From a bacterium (GTDB lineage: Bacteria; UBP6; UBA1177; G963667425): a stretch of DNA of 64,000 nucleotides. The stretch is from NCBI GenBank assembly GCA_963667425.1, contig OY763407.1:2009226-2073225 (forward strand), in the 5' to 3' direction. Below the pieces are notes generated by a model. It did no database searches, was not told the origin of the DNA, and was given only the letters and a program-made list of their open reading frames with translations. Both the position numbers and the translations under genes were made by a program. Positions within the stretch are counted from its first letter, which is position 1. Every line of letters starts with the position of its first letter. Positions 9,141-18,378 of this stretch are shown here, in pieces.

Positions 9141-11318
9141 TTATTCTGAATCTTCGGTGTCTTTAAATTCCATATTAAGCTGATTCATAAAGAATCCGTA
9201 CTCAAGAGCAACCTCTTCCATTGCGGCGGCAACAGATTTTCCCTGACCGTGACCCGCTTTCATCTCAACTCTCAGGAAAATCGGATTATCAGATTTGTTT
9301 TCGTACTGAAGAAGTGCAGCCATCTTTTTTGCATGCATAGGATGAACACGGCTGTCACTCTCACCGGCAGTAAGAAAAACAGCAGGATACTTCACGCCGC
9401 TTTTAACATTCTGATAAGGAGAATATTTATAGATATATTTAAACTGCTCAGGATCATCAGCAGTTCCATATTCACTTACCCAGTAGCGACCGATAAGAAA
9501 CTTATCAAACTTAAGCATATCAAGGAGAGGAACAGCAACAAGAGCAGCCTTAAAAAGCTCAGGATACTGAACAACCATTGCACCGGTAAGAAGACCGCCA
9601 TTACTTCCGCCCCATATCGCAACTCTGTCAGGGTTAGTATACTTCTCACTGATAAGATACTTTATCGCCCAGGCAAAATCATCAAAAGTATTCTGCTTAT
9701 TCTCCATCATACCGGCTCTATGCCATTTCTCGCCATACTCGCCGCCGCCTCTTATATTTGCAATAGCAAGAACTCCACCCTGCTCAATCCATGCAACATT
9801 ACTTGAAGAGAAATAAAGAGGATAAGTAACATTAAAACCGCCGTAACCCTTAATAAGAACAGGATTATTTCCGTTAAGCTCAAGACCTTTCTTATAAACA
9901 AGGAACATCGGAACCTTTGTACCATCCTTTGAAGCAAAGAAAACCTGCTTCGTCTCTATACTGCCGCAGTCAACACCGACATTCGCCTGCCAGAACTGCT
10001 TAAGACCTTTCCCTTCGCTATATTTGAAAATAGTAGGAGGATACGCATAGGAAGAAAACTTAAAATAAACAAAAGCACCATCAGGATCAGCAGAAACAGA
10101 ATCAATTGAACCGAGAACAGGAAGACCAACAGAAACAGCCTTACCGTCATCAAGATTGTAAAACTTTATTTTAGAAGCGACATCATGCATATAGACAACA
10201 AGCATTCTTCCCGCAGCAACACCGAAATTACTGATAACATCACTATCATGTTCAGGAACAAGCGTCGACCACTCCAAAGTATCAGCATTGACCTTCATAA
10301 TCTTCCAGTTCAAAGCATTATCCTGAGCAGTTTTAAGATAAACATTATTTCTGTAAACCTCGCCCTCATAAATATTATCGTAATTATCGACAACAGTCTT
10401 CATCTTAGCTTCATTTATATCATAAAGAAGAACCTTAGCCTTACCGCTTGAACCCTTATACTCGAAAATAAGAAGCCAGTTACCATCAGGATCTATAGTT
10501 GAAACTAAAATAGCCTCCTTGATAGTAGACTTAGCCACAACAGCATCACTCTCAAAGTTATCACCAAGCTTATGGAAACGGATAGACTGAAGCATATCAA
10601 TCTCCTTAGGATCGTTCCCATCCATCTTTCTGCTGTAAAAGAAACCCGACTCATCCTTCTTCCAGCCGACACTCGCATATCTGCAACCGGGAATAGGGGC
10701 ATCAACAGCAGTTTTAGTTTCAGTATCTATAACATGAAGAACAGACTGCTCGCTTCCATTCTCAGAAAGACCATAAACAACATACTTACCGGAAGGCGAA
10801 ACACTCCACCAGTCCATAGCAGTCGTCCCCTCGCTGTTTATTTTGTTAGGATTAACAAGCTCATCCTTCTGACCATTGACATCCATATAAAGAACAGCCT
10901 GATTCTCAAGACCTCTGGTAAACTCATAAAAAATCTTACCGCCACGCTCGACAGGAAGATCCATCTTATCATAATTCCAGAGCTTCTTAAGTCTCTCCAT
11001 CAGTTTTGCAGTCTGAGGATAACCCTTGATAACCTTTTCGGAATACTCATTCTCAGCATTAGTCCAGGCCTTAACCTTCGGATCATCCGAATTCTCAAGC
11101 CAGCTGTAGTAATCGGTAATCTCAACACCGTGCAAAGTATATTTAGAATCAATACGCTCAGCATTAGGATAAAAAGGCTTATACTCAAGCATCTTCTTAT
11201 CAACCTTAACCATATCCTTGCTGTACTTAGTCTCTACATTAAGCTTTTTCACCTGACTATCCGTTGAACAGGCAAACACAAACATGAGAGAAACCGCTAA
11301 AAGAATCAACTTCTTCAT
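9141..11318 (-). CDS. Prolyl oligopeptidase (S9A), lipoprotein
   Basis: Lipobox LMFVFACS. Beta-propeller N-terminal region. Catalytic domain with GGSNGGLL (Ser) and AGHG (His). The ATG at 11318 has GGAG 6 nt upstream; the track start at 11321 is TTG. Confidence 0.9.
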   Translation of the reverse strand: MKKLILLAVSLMFVFACSTDSQVKKLNVETKYSKDMVKVDKKMLEYKPFYPNAERIDSKYTLHGVEITDYYSWLENSDDPKVKAWTNAENEYSEKVIKGYPQTAKLMERLKKLWNYDKMDLPVERGGKIFYEFTRGLENQAVLYMDVNGQKDELVNPNKINSEGTTAMDWWSVSPSGKYVVYGLSENGSEQSVLHVIDTETKTAVDAPIPGCRYASVGWKKDESGFFYSRKMDGNDPKEIDMLQSIRFHKLGDNFESDAVVAKSTIKEAILVSTIDPDGNWLLIFEYKGSSGKAKVLLYDINEAKMKTVVDNYDNIYEGEVYRNNVYLKTAQDNALNWKIMKVNADTLEWSTLVPEHDSDVISNFGVAAGRMLVVYMHDVASKIKFYNLDDGKAVSVGLPVLGSIDSVSADPDGAFVYFKFSSYAYPPTIFKYSEGKGLKQFWQANVGVDCGSIETKQVFFASKDGTKVPMFLVYKKGLELNGNNPVLIKGYGGFNVTYPLYFSSSNVAWIEQGGVLAIANIRGGGEYGEKWHRAGMMENKQNTFDDFAWAIKYLISEKYTNPDRVAIWGGSNGGLLTGAMVVQYPELFKAALVAVPLLDMLKFDKFLIGRYWVSEYGTADDPEQFKYIYKYSPYQNVKSGVKYPAVFLTAGESDSRVHPMHAKKMAALLQYENKSDNPIFLRVEMKAGHGQGKSVAAAMEEVALEYGFFMNQLNMEFKDTEDSE

Positions 11319-11405
11319 CAAACACTCCTCAGACAGTTAACAAAATATCGTAAGACTTTATAATCTGCGCTAAAGAGAGTCAAATTTATCTGGAAATTAA
11401 AGGAA
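11274..11405. repeat. Repeat A, copy 1 (5' end of the prolyl oligopeptidase gene plus its upstream region)
   Basis: About 130 bp, near-identical to 12283-12414. I saw 3 substitutions. Confidence 0.9.
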
Positions 11406-11424
11406 AGAAAATCAAAAGAAAAAA

Positions 11425-11910
11425 CTATTCGCTATCCCTTGTAAGCTCACAGTAATAAACCATTTCACCATCTTCACGTTTAAGCTTTTTAATCTTAGCA
11501 AGCCTTTCCGCATCACCCTTTACAGTAAAACGGATAACCTTCGGACACAAACACGAAGCCTGCTCACCATGATAATCTATTACTATTTCAAGATTAAGAA
11601 CCGATTCATCCTCCTCATCAAATGAAGTTGAAACATAAATATCCTGAGTATCAGAACAGTTAAAATCTTCCGCATACTCGATAACAAGACCGTTATCATC
11701 CATAGAAATAATCTCGGCAAAAGGCTCAACAATAAATCCTGATTCATTGGAGTGAGCTTTTATATCATCTTCCGTTATCTCCTTCATACTGAAACTGCCT
11801 ATAGAATCACTTTTCATACAGGCGGAAAGCTGCGCCTTCTGCATATTGCTTCCGTCACTGCATGAAAGGATAAAAAGGAAAGAAGAAAGAGTTAAAATAA
11901 GTTTTTTCAT
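11425..11910 (-). CDS. Small Cys-containing lipoprotein, function unknown (paralog of 17889-18368)
   Basis: MKKLILTLSSFLFILSCSDGS lipobox. About 85% aa identity by eye to the 17889-18368 product. The track ORF starts at 11919; the MKK start is at 11910. Confidence 0.75.
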   Translation of the reverse strand: MKKLILTLSSFLFILSCSDGSNMQKAQLSACMKSDSIGSFSMKEITEDDIKAHSNESGFIVEPFAEIISMDDNGLVIEYAEDFNCSDTQDIYVSTSFDEEDESVLNLEIVIDYHGEQASCLCPKVIRFTVKGDAERLAKIKKLKREDGEMVYYCELTRDSE

Positions 11911-11924
11911 GATTATCATTCCGA

Positions 11925-12292
11925 AACAATTTATAAAAACATAAGCATTGTAACCTCATGGAAACTGTTGTCAAGCAGACAAAAGCATTAAAGCCGATGT
12001 TTTTTATATAACTTAAAAAGAAAACAATTCCTTAATTCCTTTTTTTATACATCAGAGAAAAGAGAATCCTTTATACATCAAGGCTAAAAAAAAATAAGAG
12101 ATACTGGAATTTCACACTTTATGAAACAGCAGAAAATTATCTGAACAATGAAAACTCTTTATGATGAAATCATTTAAGCAGTACGCAAAAACAAAGTTAC
12201 CCTTAAAAAATTTGACATTTAACATCCGTAAGATAAGGTTTGATGTTTTATTAACCACATGTATAAAAAGGGTTTTAACATGAAACACAAAC
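11925..12292. repeat. Repeat R, copy 1 (divergent-promoter region plus the first 13 nt of the GDPD-like gene)
   Basis: 368 bp versus 369 bp at 16693-17061. I saw only 3 substitutions and one T-run length difference. Confidence 0.9.
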
Positions 12293-12414
12293 ATGAGAGA
12301 AACCGCTAAAAGAATCAACTTCTTCATCAAACACTCCTCAGACAGTTAACAAAATATCGTAAGACTTTATAATCTGCATTAAAGAGAGTCAAATTTATCG
12401 GGAAATTAAAGGGA
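12283..12414 (-). pseudogene. Repeat A, copy 2: duplicated 5' fragment (15 codons, MKKLILLAVSLMFVF) of the prolyl oligopeptidase gene plus its upstream region
   Basis: Near-identical to 11274-11405. It joins repeat R copy 1 through the shared 10-mer AAACACAAAC (12283-12292). The track ORF 12112..12330 is the resulting chimera. Confidence 0.8.
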
Positions 12415-12426
12415 AACTATCAGAAA

Positions 12427-13092
12427 CTAATCAACCGTGACATCCATATACATGAAAATATTTGCCACACCACTTTCATCTTTTCTCATAAAAAAAGCCT
12501 TGTTGTTGTCTCTTATGTAAAAACAAAGTGAACTGTCAGCACTTTGGAAACGTTCAAAAGAAGGAATATAGAGAGTTGGATTTTCTAAAATCTCTTTGTA
12601 ATTGTGAATAAATTTTGCCGACGTAAGTTTAAAATAATCATCTGAAGTTGAAAAGTAGATTATAGAATCATCAAGAATACAAGCATAGTTGTCAAAGTCA
12701 GGACTTTCAGTGTAAATAGTGCAGCCTGCAACATCTTCAACTGTAATTACAGAAGGGATATAATCAGGGCATGTCATCTCTTCTTTTGTAGAATAATCGT
12801 AGCACTTATCTCCAAAAGTAAACTTTGTTCCCGGATAAAGATTAAATGCCTGTTCAATCTCTTCTTTTGTATAGTTTTGATAGTAGTGAATTCCCCTTAT
12901 AGCTTCAGCGCACTCACCATTGTAAGAAGTCTCAGTCTGATAATCCTTCATCAAAGAATTTAAAGTTACATTTCCGTAATCAGAGGAATCAGAGCAGCCT
13001 GAACTTGATTCCTCTTTAGATTCATCAGAGCAGCCTGCAAAAAATAGAAACAGCATGCAGAAAACAAATAATATTCTTTTACTTCTCATCAT
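12427..13092 (-). CDS. Lipoprotein, function unknown (221 aa, 9 Cys)
   Basis: MMRSKRILFVFCMLFLFFAGCSDES lipobox. Overlaps the 3' end of the 1199-aa gene by 14 nt, suggesting translational coupling. I recognise no family. Confidence 0.7.
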   Translation of the reverse strand: MMRSKRILFVFCMLFLFFAGCSDESKEESSSGCSDSSDYGNVTLNSLMKDYQTETSYNGECAEAIRGIHYYQNYTKEEIEQAFNLYPGTKFTFGDKCYDYSTKEEMTCPDYIPSVITVEDVAGCTIYTESPDFDNYACILDDSIIYFSTSDDYFKLTSAKFIHNYKEILENPTLYIPSFERFQSADSSLCFYIRDNNKAFFMRKDESGVANIFMYMDVTVD

Positions 13093-16000
13093 CAGCCTCC
13101 ATAGATATTGTTAAAAATTCTTTATTTTGTTCATCAGGAACTACTTTTGATAAAGTTAAATTATTGTTTTCATCCAAAACATAAAAAAGAATTCCTTTCT
13201 CCTCTATCCCAAGTTTACTATAAATTTCTTCTGAAACCTCCGCATCACTCTTTATTTTAGACTCTTTTTCTAACTTTATTGAATATGGAACTCTTGATCT
13301 AACCTGGAATAATCCTTCTTCATCAAATTCCACTTCTATTTTTTCAGCAAAAATTGGAATACCATCGATCTTTGGTTTAAACACAAATGCAACAGAATTT
13401 ACTAAAGTTTTTACAGGAAGATCAGGTTCTTCAATAGAAAAAGAATGAATTGTGTCTCTGCTTGTTCCTGTATATTCCAAATAAAGTGTTGTTAAACTTT
13501 GAGCTATTTCCTTAGCCATTGCAAGCTTCTTTTCTAATCCATATTCCCAATCTTCTTGTTCACTAAAAGGTTCAAATTTTCTGTTTGCAGTCACAGAAAT
13601 GTTTTTGCCATCTTTTCTTATTTTAAAGTTTTCATTTAATGTTTTTGTACTATTAGTAAATAATTCTTCTAAATCCGAGTTGGAAACAGCTTCAAAAGAA
13701 TATTTCTTAAAACTGCTGGCAGATTGACTTGTACGACTTTTTGTATAGGTAGTAAGATTATCATTTTCTTTATCTCTAAAACAGTAATAATTATAGTTCT
13801 GAACATTTGTTTTTCTAGGTTTAACACCTACTGATGTGTTATACATATAATCAGTTTTCATATATGTTGAAGTGCAGCTTGACTGTGTGCAGTCACAAGT
13901 TTCAAGAGTTAAAAACCGTGCATCCCTTTCATAGATTCCTGTAAAATCAGCACTCCATGCATAAACCCATGCTTTTGAAATAGGCATATTATCGTTTGTT
14001 AAATAATTCCAGAAATTTTCATACTGATAGTTAGCTTCGGAGCGTCCCCACCAAGAAATATTTCTGTATCCGCCAATACCGTTTAAGCGAGTCAACAGAG
14101 GATAATACATATCTGCCACTCTACTCCATGGAAGCCCATCATATCCAAAAGAATAACAGGCCGTTGTAAGCAGCCAACGAGTTTTAAATTGTCCGAGTCT
14201 CTCTGTATACAAACTTTCATTAAACGCTTTTGTACTTAAGTCGTCTTCAGCAATACGAACAACATCTCTATCGTCGGGAGAATGGTTAAAATCATAATAG
14301 AAATAATTATCGGAATACTCCTGATAAGGTAAAGCTATTCTTAAATCATCATTTTGGTCCCAGACACTTAGATCGGTGTAGCGACCATGTCCAGATAAAA
14401 TAAGCATTTCATAATTATCTGTATATTTATTAAATTTCTGCTCATTTCCATAGTAAACTCTTTCATAAAATTCCTGATCATTATGCGTTGCACTTATATC
14501 ATAGGCGAAACTATCTTTATCATATTTTAAACACTCTATTCGGAAATTATTGCCCATCTGATTTACATCTCGAATTCCATTCAAACAAACTTCTTCTAGT
14601 TTATTAACACTAGTACTAGGAAAATCTGAAGCCATAAACCATCCAATAGAACGAGCTCTTACGGGATAAACTAAATTAACAGAATTATTATAGCTTCTAA
14701 AATCCAAGGAATTTGTACCATTTGTATAACCAAACCAACCTAAATTTCTATGAGAAGAATTTAATATTTTATAATCATTAGTGTCTTCGCCTAAATCTAA
14801 AGTAATATTTCCAAAAAGTTCAACCGAACTTATAGTATCATTTTTTATTATTAAATTAGAAAAATCATCTATTGCCAGAGATTGCGTTCCTACAAGCAGT
14901 AACCGTTTATAACTGGCAACAGCATTTGTCTGAGAACTAAACTGATATTCAGGCAAATCATAAAGATATGCAAAACCGAAAGGCTCAACTACAGCATCAT
15001 TAAAACCATGTATTCCATAATATTTTACCGCATAATCAAAAGATGCAGGTTGCGTTGTAATTGAATATGTATTGTTATTAATGTTTGCCGGCAGAGATGC
15101 ATATACTCCATCATTATAATAGTAACAAGAGCCATTATTGTTTGTATTATTACAAAGATACGCTTCCCAGCCTTCTGAAACTTTTATAGAAGAGACATTT
15201 ATTCTTTTTGAAAATAAATATGGTATATTAGGATTGCCTGAAGGAACCGTCCATCCATAATTATCTAAATCAAATTCTGTACCTTTTGTAACAGAACAAG
15301 AACGATTGCTATCCAGTGAACTATCACAAAATCTGATTCCTGAGAATTCACTTCTATACAGAGATTTAACATCATCTTCAGAAAGAGTTCTGTCGTAAAA
15401 TCTCACATTATCAATTTCACCCTTAAAAAAATCACTTTTTGAGTTGCCTGAATCCCAATCCTGAGCTAAGACCCAAGGTTTATCATTAGATAAAAACGTT
15501 CCCATTTTATCATTAATAGTTCCCGACCAAAGAACCTCTCCATTTTTGTAAACCACAACATTTGTAAAAGAAGTCCCTTCACTTCCCACAATTACATAAT
15601 GTGTCCATACAAGAGGCTCTGTTCCACTAGAAAAGAATTGAACATGATTAAGCAATCTTAGTGAAAGCTGATTATTCCAGTAACCAAAAAGAAAAGAATT
15701 ATCAACACCATTTGCGGTATGTTTTCCTATGTATGAATTATTATTTGATGATGTAGCTTGCTGATCAGATTTGACCCATAAACTTATTGAGTATCTGCCA
15801 GCTGAATTTCGAGGATCTGTAGTTCCTGTTCCAAACTCAACATAATCATTTACACCGTCAAAGTATGCAGCTCTATTTTCCATTCCTTCTTTAAAAACGA
15901 CTCCACCAGTTTGCGTACCATCTGCCTCGTCCCTATCATCCAAAAAATTATTATCAAAATTTAAATGCAGAATAGATGATTCTTTGTTATAAATTTCCTT

Positions 16001-16678
16001 TACCTCTTCTTCTGATAATTTTGTATTATAAAATCTAACACTATCCATTTGCCCCTTAAAGAAATCTGATGTAGCTGTAGAAGAATCCCAATCCTGACCT
16101 AAAACCCAAGATTTTCCAGAGGAATTACTATCCATAGTATCATTTATTATACCAGCCCAAACTTGTTCACCATTTTTATATAGATTTACATTCGTGATAC
16201 CATTAACTTCCTGTGCTGCAATAACATAATGAACCCAAGTATATAAAGGCTCTGAACCTAAAGATGAGAAGTATTCTATATCATTATTAATTGTTAGAGA
16301 AAGAGATCCATTCCAATAACCAAAAAGGAACTCATTGCCACCAGAAGATGTATGTTTTCCAATATAACTATTTGCATTAGATGAAGAAGCCCTTTCTGTA
16401 GAATAAACCCATAAAGAAATAGTATATGTTCCATTGTTTCCTCTTGGATCAAAAGAATCCAGACCAATTTCAAAATAATTCACACCATCAAATTTAAGAC
16501 TTTTATCAATCTGACCAAGAGAATAAAAATAATAATCATTTCCATTCCCAGCTCTTTTAGCATTGCTATTACCATAGCTGTCATCTAAATTACCATCAAA
16601 TTTAAGATGAGTTAACAAACTAGCTGATAAATGAAATGAAATAATAAAAAACAAAATAATAAAAACCATCTTTTTCAT
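13079..16678 (-). CDS. Secreted 1199-aa protein: 2x LamG/concanavalin-A-like lectin domains plus a large C-terminal region with a possible clan-CD (caspase/gingipain-like) His-Gly ... Ala-Cys dyad
   Basis: Signal peptide MKKMVFIILFFIISFHLSA. Two ~215-aa internal repeats share NSYIGKHT, FLFGYWN, W-HYVI, YKNGE, SDFFKG and VRFY (LamG_3-like). MLILSGHG has His764 (14387-14389) and WLLTTACYSFG has Cys841 (14156-14158); each follows a hydrophobic strand. Confidence 0.6.
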   Translation of the reverse strand: MKKMVFIILFFIISFHLSASLLTHLKFDGNLDDSYGNSNAKRAGNGNDYYFYSLGQIDKSLKFDGVNYFEIGLDSFDPRGNNGTYTISLWVYSTERASSSNANSYIGKHTSSGGNEFLFGYWNGSLSLTINNDIEYFSSLGSEPLYTWVHYVIAAQEVNGITNVNLYKNGEQVWAGIINDTMDSNSSGKSWVLGQDWDSSTATSDFFKGQMDSVRFYNTKLSEEEVKEIYNKESSILHLNFDNNFLDDRDEADGTQTGGVVFKEGMENRAAYFDGVNDYVEFGTGTTDPRNSAGRYSISLWVKSDQQATSSNNNSYIGKHTANGVDNSFLFGYWNNQLSLRLLNHVQFFSSGTEPLVWTHYVIVGSEGTSFTNVVVYKNGEVLWSGTINDKMGTFLSNDKPWVLAQDWDSGNSKSDFFKGEIDNVRFYDRTLSEDDVKSLYRSEFSGIRFCDSSLDSNRSCSVTKGTEFDLDNYGWTVPSGNPNIPYLFSKRINVSSIKVSEGWEAYLCNNTNNNGSCYYYNDGVYASLPANINNNTYSITTQPASFDYAVKYYGIHGFNDAVVEPFGFAYLYDLPEYQFSSQTNAVASYKRLLLVGTQSLAIDDFSNLIIKNDTISSVELFGNITLDLGEDTNDYKILNSSHRNLGWFGYTNGTNSLDFRSYNNSVNLVYPVRARSIGWFMASDFPSTSVNKLEEVCLNGIRDVNQMGNNFRIECLKYDKDSFAYDISATHNDQEFYERVYYGNEQKFNKYTDNYEMLILSGHGRYTDLSVWDQNDDLRIALPYQEYSDNYFYYDFNHSPDDRDVVRIAEDDLSTKAFNESLYTERLGQFKTRWLLTTACYSFGYDGLPWSRVADMYYPLLTRLNGIGGYRNISWWGRSEANYQYENFWNYLTNDNMPISKAWVYAWSADFTGIYERDARFLTLETCDCTQSSCTSTYMKTDYMYNTSVGVKPRKTNVQNYNYYCFRDKENDNLTTYTKSRTSQSASSFKKYSFEAVSNSDLEELFTNSTKTLNENFKIRKDGKNISVTANRKFEPFSEQEDWEYGLEKKLAMAKEIAQSLTTLYLEYTGTSRDTIHSFSIEEPDLPVKTLVNSVAFVFKPKIDGIPIFAEKIEVEFDEEGLFQVRSRVPYSIKLEKESKIKSDAEVSEEIYSKLGIEEKGILFYVLDENNNLTLSKVVPDEQNKEFLTISMEADDEK

Positions 16679-16692
16679 AGCTATTACCTACC

Positions 16693-17061
16693 AACAATTT
16701 ATAAAAACATACGCATTGTAACCCCATGGAAACTGTTGTCAAGCAGATAAAAGCATTAAAGCCGATGTTTTTTTATATAACTTAAAAAGAAAACAATTCC
16801 TTAATTCCTTTTTTTATACATCAGAGAAAAGAGAATCCTTTATACATCAAGGCTAAAAAAAAATAAGAGATACTGGAATTTCACACTTTATGAAACAGCA
16901 GAAAATTATCTGAACAATGAAAACTCTTTATGATGAAATCATTTAAGCAGTACGCAAAAACAAAGTTACCCTTAAAAAATTTGACATTTAACATCCGTAA
17001 GATAAGGTTTGATGTTTTATTAACCACATGTATAAAAAGGGTTTTAACATGAAACACAAAC
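16693..17061. repeat. Repeat R, copy 2 (native context: divergent promoter region of the 1199-aa gene and the GDPD-like gene)
   Basis: See 11925-12292. Confidence 0.9.
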
Positions 17062-17888
17062 TAATTCTTCTCATTATCCCGATTCTTCTTACAATACTTG
17101 GATGCAGTGAAGAAAAATGGTTCGTTCCGACAGAAAAGAACATTTTAATATCCCATGCCTTAGGCGGAATCAATTCCACTGTATATACAAATTCAAAAGA
17201 TGCTTTCATTCTCAACTATGATAAAGGCTACCGCTGGTTTGAAGTTGACATAACACTTTTAAAAGACGGCAACCTTGTCTGCTTTCATGAAGGACACGAA
17301 AAACATCTCGGCATCGGCAACAGAAAAATAACTGACCTGACCATCAAAGAATTTGAATCCTTAAAATATGACGGCAAATACCAGCAGATTTCATTTAAAA
17401 CATTCCTTGAAATTGCAAATCAAAAGAAAGGAATCTACATAGTTACCGATACAAAGTTATGGAACACGGAAATCATGGACAAGTTCATAAAGGAAGTAAA
17501 CGCCGTTGATTCAGACCTCTTTAAAAAGATAATTCCCCAGATATACAAAGAAGAAGATATGAACCTAATCGAAAAAGTGGATAAAAATCACACCAGATTC
17601 GCATCGCTGATTTTTACGCTATACGCAATGGACAGCAAAAAAATCCCTAATGAAAACATTCTTGCCGCAGTAAAAAAATACGGAATACCAATAGTTACAA
17701 TGCCGAGATGGGATTATATAAGACTTACGAAAGAATTTATAAAACAGCTCCATGACGAGCATATATATACCTTTACACACACGATAAACAACTCAAAAGA
17801 TGCCGGTAAAATGTATGAAATGGGAATTGACGGGCTATACACCGATTTTTATATGGAACAAAAAGATTCAGGAAACAGAAAAAAGTAG
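17049..17888 (+). CDS. Glycerophosphodiester phosphodiesterase (GDPD)-like lipoprotein
   Basis: MKHKLILLIIPILLTILGCSEE lipobox. ISHALGG ... WFEVDITLLKDGNLVCFHE matches the GDPD H..G / E.D / H(D/E) pattern. The ATG at 17049 has AAGGG upstream; the track ORF starts at 17028. Confidence 0.65.
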   Translation: MKHKLILLIIPILLTILGCSEEKWFVPTEKNILISHALGGINSTVYTNSKDAFILNYDKGYRWFEVDITLLKDGNLVCFHEGHEKHLGIGNRKITDLTIKEFESLKYDGKYQQISFKTFLEIANQKKGIYIVTDTKLWNTEIMDKFIKEVNAVDSDLFKKIIPQIYKEEDMNLIEKVDKNHTRFASLIFTLYAMDSKKIPNENILAAVKKYGIPIVTMPRWDYIRLTKEFIKQLHDEHIYTFTHTINNSKDAGKMYEMGIDGLYTDFYMEQKDSGNRKK

Positions 17889-18368
17889 CTAATCCCTTGT
17901 AAGCTCACAGTAATAGACCTGATCACCATCTTCACGTTTAAGCTTTTTAATCTTCGCAAGCCTTTCAGGATCACCCTTTACAGTAAAACGGATAACCTTC
18001 GGGCAAACGCATGTAGCCCACTCATTATGGTAATCTATCTCTATTTCAAGATTAAGAACCGATTCATCCTCTTCATCAAATGAAGTTGCAACATAGATAT
18101 CCTGAGTATTAGAGCAGTTAAAATCTTTTGCATACTCGATAACAAGACCGTTATCATCCAGAGAAATAATCTCGGCAAATGGTTCAGTTATTTTTATTGT
18201 ATCACCAGTATGAGCCTTTATATCATCTTCCGTTATCTCCTTCATACTGAAGCTGCCTGTAGAATCGCTTTTCATACAGGCGGAAAGCCGGGCCTTCTGC
18301 ATATCGCTTCCGTCACTGCATGAAAGGATAAAAAGGAAAGAAAAAAGAGTTAAAATAAGTTTTTTCAT
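17889..18368 (-). CDS. Small Cys-containing lipoprotein, function unknown (paralog of 11425-11910)
   Basis: The MKKLILTLFSFLFILSCSDGS start at 18368 has GAGGA upstream. The track ORF extends to 18449. Its stop directly abuts the GDPD stop (TAG|CTA at 17886-17891). Confidence 0.75.
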   Translation of the reverse strand: MKKLILTLFSFLFILSCSDGSDMQKARLSACMKSDSTGSFSMKEITEDDIKAHTGDTIKITEPFAEIISLDDNGLVIEYAKDFNCSNTQDIYVATSFDEEDESVLNLEIEIDYHNEWATCVCPKVIRFTVKGDPERLAKIKKLKREDGDQVYYCELTRD

Positions 18369-18378
18369 AAGACGTTCC

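Noticed and set aside
9249-11267. Long plus-strand ORFs (185 aa, 88 aa, 231 aa) and short minus-strand out-of-frame ORFs inside the prolyl oligopeptidase gene
   Set aside because: They are antisense or out of frame to a gene with clear family motifs. They have low-complexity I/L/N/R-rich translations and no RBS.
12112-12330. 72-aa ORF beginning MMKKLILLAVSLMFVF
   Set aside because: It is a chimera. A 15-codon duplicated fragment of the prolyl oligopeptidase start reads into non-coding repeat R. I treat it as a duplication scar, not a gene.
16988-17215. Minus-strand 75-aa ORF, and the 17028 start of the GDPD-like ORF
   Set aside because: The minus ORF is antisense to the well-supported GDPD-like gene. 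The ATG at 17049 gives a canonical lipoprotein signal peptide with an RBS, so the 17028 extension is unnecessary.
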